Of a DNA stretch of 41,034 nucleotides, positions 17,712 to 24,595 are shown in pieces. The DNA is from Candidatus Microgenomates bacterium (GTDB lineage: Bacteria > Patescibacteriota > Dojkabacteria > SC72), in assembly GCA_012797935.1 (NCBI GenBank), contig JAAZOC010000052.1:1-41034 (forward strand), read 5' to 3'. Under the pieces are notes generated by a model that made no database searches, had not been told where the DNA came from, and saw only the letters and a list, made by a program, of their open reading frames with translations. Both the position numbers and the translations under genes were made by a program. The number at the start of each line of letters is the position of its first letter. Position 1 is the stretch's first letter.

Positions 17712-18509
17712 ATGGACGAAAACAAAGAGGTCTCAATACAAGAGTTAGAACCGGAGAAGATTTTTTTCAATGTTGCGGAGACTGAGGAAGATAAACTAGG
17801 AAGATTGAAGGTAGTAACTGAAAGATATGGAAAAGAAGGGTATTTAGAAGATATAAAAGTACATGAATCTTCTTCTAAGATATCGGATCTACTAGAAAAG
17901 GGTGGTATCTCAATACTTGAGAAAGAATTACAACCTGGTGAATTTCAAGAATTTTTAGAACATGGAATTCTTGTTCATGATGAATCAGGACAAGATTATT
18001 ATATTGATAAATATACTTGGAATTCTGTGCCTTTTGTAGCAAAACAAGGTGGTGAATATGTTGGTTCTGCAAGAATGATAATAAAAAATGGATTTAATTT
18101 ACCAACACTTTCAGATCCGACTATTCATATTGATGAGAATTGGAAAGAAAAAGTGAAAGATTGTAAGATAGAATTCTCTCAGTTTGCTGTAAAAAAAGGA
18201 TCCCCTGCAGGAGTTTCAATTGGTTTGCTTCGTGCAGCACATATATATAGTAGAGATGTATTAAAAATATCAGATTGGGTTGCAACTATTGATGATAGAG
18301 TTGTAAGACTCTTGAACAGTAATTTCTTTCATTTTGAACTTCCACAAATAGGTCCAGGTGTTTTGTATTTAGGATCCCTTTCTGTACCTGTCCTTGTAAA
18401 CTTTGAGAAAGCTTTAGAAAATGCTGAAAAACACGAAAACAGTAAAAACATGGCACAATTCATAAGGGGAAATGATGTCGAAGGATTTGATTGGTATTCT
18501 GGTAAATAA
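17712..18509 (+). CDS. GNAT-fold N-acyltransferase-like protein (LuxI / FeeM N-acyl amino acid synthase-like)
   Basis: Motif pattern: DKYTWNSVPFVA..GEYVGSARMII..LPT; IEFSQFAVKK; GLLRAAHIYS..WVATIDDRVVRLLNS.FFHF..IGPGVLYLGS.SVPVL. The family assignment comes from remembered sequence patterns, not a search. Confidence 0.5.
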   Translation: MDENKEVSIQELEPEKIFFNVAETEEDKLGRLKVVTERYGKEGYLEDIKVHESSSKISDLLEKGGISILEKELQPGEFQEFLEHGILVHDESGQDYYIDKYTWNSVPFVAKQGGEYVGSARMIIKNGFNLPTLSDPTIHIDENWKEKVKDCKIEFSQFAVKKGSPAGVSIGLLRAAHIYSRDVLKISDWVATIDDRVVRLLNSNFFHFELPQIGPGVLYLGSLSVPVLVNFEKALENAEKHENSKNMAQFIRGNDVEGFDWYSGK

Positions 18510-18525
18510 GAGTATATAAATAAAA

Positions 18526-20790
18526 ATGGAAACTGTCTTACTCTCTATAATCTGTATAGCTCTAGTTGGTTTGGGCTTACTTACTTTCTTTGCTAATACA
18601 AAAGGAAAAACAAATAGATATTTCCTTCTTCTTACACTCTTTGCTTCTCTCTGGATATTATCAAACTATTTTTCCAATATAAGAACTGATACTAATGAAG
18701 TTCTGTTCTACAATAAAATGATTTTCTTTAATACATCTTTCTTGGTCTATTTCCTTTATCTTTTTTCAACTGTTTACCCCAATCAAAAAAATGAAATATC
18801 CAAAACTGCTAAAATATTAACATTTATATTCACAATATTAACGGCCGCTATCTCATTGTCAGGATATTTAGTAAAAGATATATCTATCCAGCAATCTCAT
18901 TCGAATATTACTTTTGGAATTGGAATCATAATATATCTTTTACAATTTATACTATTCGCATTCCTCTTTATTTGGAATATAGTAAAAAGCTATAAAGTGT
19001 CTGAAGGAGTAGAAAAGGTAAAAGTTCAATATCTATTCCTAGGAATATCGTTTTCGCTTATTGGTACATGTATAACTAATTTAATATTACCAATCTTCTT
19101 TTCAAATTTTGAACTCTCAAACATTGGCCCATTATTCCTTCTATTCTTCATCATATTTACAACAGTTTCGATAGTTCGTTTTAGATTGTTTGGTATAAGA
19201 TTCCTTTTTGCACAAATAGTAAACACAATAGTTGGAACGGCAATCCCATATATAAGTTTCTTCCTAATATATTTCATATTCACGAAGTTTTTGGGAGGGG
19301 TTTTTTCTACTCTATCTTTGATAATTGGAATATTCTTTGCTCTTCTTTTTTCATATATTTATTCTCTAATTAAGGATAAATGTCGAAAGTTACTCCTTGG
19401 GAAATTTGCATACAGAGGTTTTGATCCAAACGAATTGATCACAAGGTATGTTAAAGATATTAGTACTGAATTGGATATGGATAAACTTTCAAATAATGTT
19501 TTAACTTTGATTAAAGATATTTTCAGCATCAGTAATATAGGTATTATCGTTTTCAAAGGAGAGGGGGAGAATATTGTATTTAAGAAATTGTGGGGGTATG
19601 AAGAAGACCAGTTTTTGTTTAATAGCTTAATTTCAGTTACAAAGTATTGGGATGAAGTAAAAGAGAATGTGCCAATTTTGAAAGAGGAGATATCTGTATC
19701 TGATGATGTAAATCCAAAACTAAAAGAAATTCACGATAATATGAAAAGGTTTGATCTTGAAATGATACTTCCTCTAAACAAGAGAGTAAGTTTGAATGGA
19801 TTAATCTTTTTTGGAAAAAGAGAAGATAAGAAAAATTTTACTGCTGAAGAAATTCAATTCTTAGAGAATATTGTTATGAATACTTCTGTCGCTATAGGTA
19901 GGGCAATTCTTTATGAAGAAGTTAAGGAATTTAATCTTACTCTTCAGGCAAAGGTTGAAGAACAAACAGAAGAGCTTCAAATAAAAGTAAAGCAGTTGCA
20001 AGAATCGAGAGAAAAAGAAAGAGATATGATTGACATTATGGGGCATGAATTGAGGACCCCTGCAACAGTTGTAAAACTTAATGCTGAACTTTTGGAAGGT
20101 TTTACTGAAAATATTATGAATAATAAAGAAAAGTTTAAAACATATGTATCTAGGATTCGAAATGCTGTTGAAAATGAAATTAAGCTCATTAATACTCTTT
20201 TGAGTAGTGCAAAATTAGAAGGTAATAAAATTGAATTGAAACTGGAGGAAATAGATATTGTTAAAGAAATAGAAATGGCAATTGTTGGTCATGAATTTAA
20301 GGCTAAAGAAAAAGGCTTAGGACTTGTAAATTCTGTTTTGAAAGATACTCCATCTATATTTGCAGATCATGCTCGATTAATAGAAGTGCTTAATAATCTC
20401 ATAGATAATGCAATAAAATATACAGAAAGAGGAACAGTTACAATTGATTCTTCTTTTGATGAAAAAATGGTTTATATAAGTGTGATTGATTCTGGTCAAG
20501 GAATTAGTGAAGAGGATATTGCAAACCTTGGAAAGAAATTCTTTAGAGTTGGGAATTATTTAAATAAAGGAGAGGGTAAACCTGATGTTGTAAGACCTGG
20601 TGGTACAGGATTAGGCCTCTATGTTACATTCGGCCTAGTAGAAAAAATGGGTGGCAAAATAACTGTAGAAAGTAAAATAGGGGTAGGAAGTACATTCACA
20701 TTTTCTCTGCCAAGATATGTTGGACAAGATAGCGGTAAAGTAAAATCTAAAACAAATAATATGTTTGAAAGGCTTGGATTACAAAGGTAA
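18526..20790 (+). CDS. Sensor histidine kinase: N-terminal polytopic (7TM-type) domain, GAF, HisKA, HATPase_c
   Basis: About 7-8 hydrophobic helices span residues 1-290. The GAF-like end reads LPLNKRVSLNGLIFFGKRE...AIGRAILYEE. The H-box is MGHELRTPAT (His codon 20044-20046). The N-box is NLIDNAIKYT, followed by DSGQGIS and GGTGLGLY. Confidence 0.9.
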   Translation: METVLLSIICIALVGLGLLTFFANTKGKTNRYFLLLTLFASLWILSNYFSNIRTDTNEVLFYNKMIFFNTSFLVYFLYLFSTVYPNQKNEISKTAKILTFIFTILTAAISLSGYLVKDISIQQSHSNITFGIGIIIYLLQFILFAFLFIWNIVKSYKVSEGVEKVKVQYLFLGISFSLIGTCITNLILPIFFSNFELSNIGPLFLLFFIIFTTVSIVRFRLFGIRFLFAQIVNTIVGTAIPYISFFLIYFIFTKFLGGVFSTLSLIIGIFFALLFSYIYSLIKDKCRKLLLGKFAYRGFDPNELITRYVKDISTELDMDKLSNNVLTLIKDIFSISNIGIIVFKGEGENIVFKKLWGYEEDQFLFNSLISVTKYWDEVKENVPILKEEISVSDDVNPKLKEIHDNMKRFDLEMILPLNKRVSLNGLIFFGKREDKKNFTAEEIQFLENIVMNTSVAIGRAILYEEVKEFNLTLQAKVEEQTEELQIKVKQLQESREKERDMIDIMGHELRTPATVVKLNAELLEGFTENIMNNKEKFKTYVSRIRNAVENEIKLINTLLSSAKLEGNKIELKLEEIDIVKEIEMAIVGHEFKAKEKGLGLVNSVLKDTPSIFADHARLIEVLNNLIDNAIKYTERGTVTIDSSFDEKMVYISVIDSGQGISEEDIANLGKKFFRVGNYLNKGEGKPDVVRPGGTGLGLYVTFGLVEKMGGKITVESKIGVGSTFTFSLPRYVGQDSGKVKSKTNNMFERLGLQR

Positions 20791-21762
20791 ATTTCTACCA
20801 ATACCATTTAGAAATTCTTTTTCACTCATTTTGTTTCTTCCTTCTATTTGGAGTTCATTTACTCTAAAACAAATATGTGGATCTTTTGTTGCAAATAGTA
20901 GCATGCCATTTTTCTGAAAGATAACCCCAGCATCTTTCTCTGTATGAACTTCTTCCAATGCGCATTTAAATATCTTCATACTTTTACTAGCTAGGCTTTT
21001 TATTCCAAGTTCATCGTCAAGTTTACACCAAGCTATTGGCCATGGTAGAAATGCTCTTACCATTCTCTCCGCATATTTTGGATCATGCTTGCTCAATTGT
21101 ATTTCAGCATTCTCTTTCGAAATATCTCTTTGCCAGCAGTAGGTAGCATCCTCATGTCTTTGAACTGTTGGAGCTATCTCGCCATTTATCCATCTGAGTA
21201 ACACAGGGATGAGTATTTCAGAGCTTTTCTCTACTAGTCTTTTTCTTAATGAAAAATTGGTATCATCTTCTTTAATATCTTCTCTGTACATCTCTAAAAC
21301 ATCACCTTCATCCAAACCCTCACTCATAATCATTATTGATATACCTGTTTCTTTCTCTCCGTCTAAAATTGCTTTTTGTATTGGAACAGCACCTCTGTAC
21401 TTTGGTAAAAGAGAAAAATGAATATTAATACACTTAAACTTTGGATACTCTAGAAAAGACTTTGGAACTATCTCTCCAAAAGCCTTGCAAACAACCAATT
21501 CTGGCTCGTACTTCTCTAAAACTTTTTCGTAATTATCTTTTTTACTTTCTGTATGGAAAACATGGATATCGTTCTTCAAAGCATATTCCTTAACCTCTGA
21601 ATGAGTGATAATTTGTTTTCTTCCAACAGGCTTGTCAGGAGCAGTTACTGCACAAACAACATCAAAATATTCACTCTCGTGCAAAACCTTAAGTGATTCT
21701 ACTGACTCCCACCCTGTACCTAAAAAAACTGTTCTAATTGGTTCTTTCTTTAAATCTCTCAT
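20779..21762 (-). CDS. fmt: Methionyl-tRNA formyltransferase
   Basis: Contains VFLGTG...HFSLLPKYRGAVPIQKAILDGEKETGISIM. The track start at 21786 is a TTG, so I prefer the ATG at 21762 (MRDLKKEPIRTVFLGT). Confidence 0.9.
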   Translation of the reverse strand: MRDLKKEPIRTVFLGTGWESVESLKVLHESEYFDVVCAVTAPDKPVGRKQIITHSEVKEYALKNDIHVFHTESKKDNYEKVLEKYEPELVVCKAFGEIVPKSFLEYPKFKCINIHFSLLPKYRGAVPIQKAILDGEKETGISIMIMSEGLDEGDVLEMYREDIKEDDTNFSLRKRLVEKSSEILIPVLLRWINGEIAPTVQRHEDATYCWQRDISKENAEIQLSKHDPKYAERMVRAFLPWPIAWCKLDDELGIKSLASKSMKIFKCALEEVHTEKDAGVIFQKNGMLLFATKDPHICFRVNELQIEGRNKMSEKEFLNGIGRNLPL

Positions 21763-21812
21763 ACCTAATTCTACTGTAATATACAAACAATTACTATATA
21801 ATACTCGTTGAT

Positions 21813-22835
21813 ATGAAAATGTCTGAATTTAAATACAATTTGCCGGAAGAAAAGATAGCTAAATATCCTCCAAAAGAAAGAGGTACTACTAAGCTACTAG
21901 TTTTAGACAGAAAATCTAAAAATATGGAACACAGGGTATATTCTGATATCTCAAAGTATATTAAAGCTGGAGATGTTTTGGTCCTGAATCAAACAAAGGT
22001 AGAGAAAAGAAGAACATATTTTCTGACAAGTAAAGGAAGGCGATTGGAGGTTCTTTTCTTGAATATTGTTGAGAATGATATGTGGAAGGTATTAATTAAA
22101 GGGGCTAGATATGTGAGAGAGAATGATTTGCTAATAGCTGAAGAGGATGAAAATATAAATATGACAGTAAAGAAAAGAGAGGGAGATGGATTTGTTGTAA
22201 TGCTTTCTGTTGATAGTAAGTATATGTTTGAGAAGATTGGTCATACTCCAATTCCTCCATATATGAAGAGGGGTGATAATGAAGATGACTATTTACGGTA
22301 CAATACAGTTTTTGGGCTTTCTGGGGGCTCTGTAGCCTCTCCTACGGCCAGTTTAAACATGACTGAGGTTATGATTGAGGAGATGAAGAAGAAAGGTGTA
22401 ACTATTGTGAATATTGAGCTCAATATTGGATGGGGAACATTTGCACCAATAAGGGAGGAAAATATTGAGGAACATAAAATTCACAGAGAAGAAATAGAGG
22501 TAAAAGAAGATGTTGCAAGGATAATAAATGAAGCAAAAAAGAATGGAAAAGAAGTTTGGGCAGTTGGTACTACTGTTGCTAGAACATTGGAAAGTTGTAC
22601 TGACGATAATGGGACAGTCTTTCCATATTGTGGAGAAACATCTCTTTACATATATCCAGGGTATAAATGGAAAATTGTTGATCATCTAATTACAAATTTT
22701 CATATGCCCGACTCAAGCTTGATACTTTTAGTATCATCATTTGCTGGTAAGGAATTAATTAAGAAAGCATACAATGAAGCACTGTGTTCAGATTACAAAT
22801 TTCTTAGCTATGGAGACAGTATGCTCATAATTTAG
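21813..22835 (+). CDS. queA: S-adenosylmethionine:tRNA ribosyltransferase-isomerase
   Basis: Contains FKYNLPEEKIAKYPPKERGTTKLLVLDR...VGTTVARTLES. Confidence 0.93.
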   Translation: MKMSEFKYNLPEEKIAKYPPKERGTTKLLVLDRKSKNMEHRVYSDISKYIKAGDVLVLNQTKVEKRRTYFLTSKGRRLEVLFLNIVENDMWKVLIKGARYVRENDLLIAEEDENINMTVKKREGDGFVVMLSVDSKYMFEKIGHTPIPPYMKRGDNEDDYLRYNTVFGLSGGSVASPTASLNMTEVMIEEMKKKGVTIVNIELNIGWGTFAPIREENIEEHKIHREEIEVKEDVARIINEAKKNGKEVWAVGTTVARTLESCTDDNGTVFPYCGETSLYIYPGYKWKIVDHLITNFHMPDSSLILLVSSFAGKELIKKAYNEALCSDYKFLSYGDSMLII

Positions 22836-22846
22836 TAATATCAAGT

Positions 22847-23872
22847 ATGGAATTAAAAGATTTTGGTAAAAAAAATATATTTATGCCGGATGCAACAAGA
22901 GGTGCTGTTAGATTTTTGACAACTCAACAACTGAAAGATACTGGAACTGAGGCTATAGTTACAAATACTCTTCATTTGATGATTGCTCCTGGAGCTGAAA
23001 AAATGAAAGAATTGGGTGGTATAAAAAAATTAATGAATTGGGACGGAATTGTTTTGACAGATTCAGGTGGTTTCCAGGTGTTTTCATTAATTCATTCTAA
23101 AAAGTGGGAAGGAAAAATTGATGAGAATGGTGCTACTTTCAAATCGCCAAGGGAAGGAAACATTTACACTCTTACACCAGAGACCTCTATCGATATTCAA
23201 ATGTGTATAGGCTCCGATATCTTAGTTACTTTAGATGATTGCAGGAAAAGTGATTTAGATGAATCGGAAGCTAGGGAATCTGTAGATCGAACGGTTGCTT
23301 GGGCGAGAAGATGCAAAGATCATTTTGAGAAAGTATATGGTGGTACTAAGGAAACAGGTAAGTTGTTGAGTTGTGTAGTCCAGGGAGCAAAGTACCCTGA
23401 ATTAAGAAAGGAGTGTGCAAAAGCTTTGGTTGAGATTGGTTTTGATGGGTACAATTTTGGTGGCTTTGTAGTTGATGAAGATGGTGAGCTGGTTTTAGAT
23501 GAAATGCGGGCTGTTATTGAAAATACTCCTGTGGACAAATTTAAATATGCAATGGGAGTTGGCAAGCCAGATGATATACGAAGAGCATCTAAGATTGGGT
23601 ATAGAGTTTTTGATACAGTGCTTGTAACTAGAAATGCTAGACATGGAACTTTGTACTCTTCTGATATTGAAGATGAAGTCTTGAGAATTGGAAATTCAGA
23701 ATATTCCTCAGACCAAAGACCAATCGACTCAAACTGCGATTGCTACACATGCAAAAATCACAGCAGAGCATATGTCCACCATATGTTAAAAGCAGGTGAA
23801 GCTACAGGCATGACACTAGCAACAATCCACAACCTTGCATATTATCAAAAACTTGTACAAGGTCTGTCCTAG
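22847..23872 (+). CDS. tgt: tRNA-guanine (queuine) transglycosylase, C-terminally shortened
   Basis: Contains DSGGFQVFSL. The zinc site CDCYTCKNH...IHNL is present. The last four codons, ggt ctg tcc tag, lie inside the left inverted repeat of the adjacent Y1-transposase cassette. Confidence 0.93.
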   Translation: MELKDFGKKNIFMPDATRGAVRFLTTQQLKDTGTEAIVTNTLHLMIAPGAEKMKELGGIKKLMNWDGIVLTDSGGFQVFSLIHSKKWEGKIDENGATFKSPREGNIYTLTPETSIDIQMCIGSDILVTLDDCRKSDLDESEARESVDRTVAWARRCKDHFEKVYGGTKETGKLLSCVVQGAKYPELRKECAKALVEIGFDGYNFGGFVVDEDGELVLDEMRAVIENTPVDKFKYAMGVGKPDDIRRASKIGYRVFDTVLVTRNARHGTLYSSDIEDEVLRIGNSEYSSDQRPIDSNCDCYTCKNHSRAYVHHMLKAGEATGMTLATIHNLAYYQKLVQGLS

Positions 23873-23884
23873 GTCTGTCCCTAG
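23861..23884. repeat. Left inverted repeat of the Y1-transposase cassette (tandem 12/13-mers ggtctgtcctag + ggtctgtccctag sharing one g)
   Basis: Its reverse complement ctagggacagacctaggacagacc matches 24348-24371 at 20 of 24 positions. The outer 12 nt match perfectly. Confidence 0.85.
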
Positions 23885-24312
23885 TACTTACTCCATGGAT
23901 ATTCCGAAGGCTTTTTGACTAAGCCTTCTACAACGGGATTCTGTTTGATATATTCTTTCGCTCTTAATAGATCTTTTTTCCAATACAGCAGATTCGCATT
24001 ATATCTGCCTTGAAATATATGTCCAACCCTTTGGTATTTACGGTTTACTTGCATTGCGAAGCTTGTTACCACTTTCTGCATATATTTCGAAATCTCGTTT
24101 GGTTGTTTTCCTGTTTTAAGAATTAGGTGAAAATGATTATCCATAATACAAAATGCAATTAGCCGAATATCTGTTTCTTTTATATATTCATATAGTAAAT
24201 GTTTGAAAATATTCTTTTCTGATGAATTCTTTAAAATCGCTTCCTTGTTGTTGCATCTGTTGAATATATGGTAATGAGAATTTTTAATAAAATTTCTACT
24301 TTTTCTTGACAT
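23881..24312 (-). CDS. IS200-like / REP-associated tyrosine (Y1, HUH) transposase
   Basis: HUH motif DNHFHLIL. The C-terminal segment GHIFQGRYNA carries the catalytic-type Tyr. It begins HYHIFNRCN. The stop codon lies within the left IR. Confidence 0.8.
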   Translation of the reverse strand: MSRKSRNFIKNSHYHIFNRCNNKEAILKNSSEKNIFKHLLYEYIKETDIRLIAFCIMDNHFHLILKTGKQPNEISKYMQKVVTSFAMQVNRKYQRVGHIFQGRYNANLLYWKKDLLRAKEYIKQNPVVEGLVKKPSEYPWSKY

Positions 24313-24347
24313 ACGTAAGTTATATTTTGTTGATATTAAATTAAAAT

Positions 24348-24371
24348 TAAGGGACTGATCTAGGACAGACC
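24348..24371. repeat. Right inverted repeat of the Y1-transposase cassette
   Basis: The sequence is taagggactgatctaggacagacc. See the left IR entry for the match. Confidence 0.85.
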
Positions 24372-24381
24372 TGGATTTAGC

Positions 24382-24432
24382 GGATTGAGGAATTGGGTAA
24401 AAAATGATATTATTGGGAAGTCCTATTATTAA
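24382..24432 (+). pseudogene. Possible displaced original 3' end of tgt (16 codons plus TAA)
   Basis: Translates GLRNWVKNDIIGKSYY*. In TGT homologs as I recall them, the helix YYQ.L.. is followed by ..IR..I..G.F, so this fragment would continue ...YYQKLVQ plausibly. Confidence 0.3.
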
Positions 24433-24595
24433 ACACTTTTTAATAAAGAAATACAGTTTTTGTAGAAAAATTTAATATATATGAAAATATATTTAAGTAA
24501 AAATGAAGGTAATTCGTTAAATAGCAGCTATGCGGCTGTTAGTTTTCCAAAAAAGGTTTAAAAGGGGACAGTTTAAATTATTATATAGTTAGGAC

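Larger units (their letters stand above)
23861..24371 (-). mobile_element. Compact IS200/IS605-type or RAYT-like cassette: one Y1 (HUH) transposase gene bounded by 24-bp imperfect inverted repeats
   Basis: The element is bounded by IR 23861-23884 and IR 24348-24371. A single 143-aa HUH/Y1 gene lies between them. It sits at the 3' end of tgt. Confidence 0.55.

Noticed and set aside
16544-18509. Ubiquitin-like conjugation or antiphage E1 system (Bil/CBASS-Cap2-like).
   Set aside because: The operon or its flanks contain no Ubl ORF ending in GG, no E2 or JAB/DUB-like gene, and no cyclase or effector.
21763-21786. N-terminal extensions in the ORF track: fmt to 21786, greA to 30264, rpsN from 6292, and the permeases from 35991 and 36733.
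   Set aside because: The fmt and greA extensions start at TTG codons and add non-homologous residues. The others would overlap the upstream gene far more than the in-frame ATG that matches the homologous N-terminus.
23861-24371. Calling the flanking repeats a genome-wide REP family or the cassette an active IS.
   Set aside because: Only this one locus is visible and I saw no other copy of the 12-mer in the 41 kb. Family or activity claims need the whole genome.
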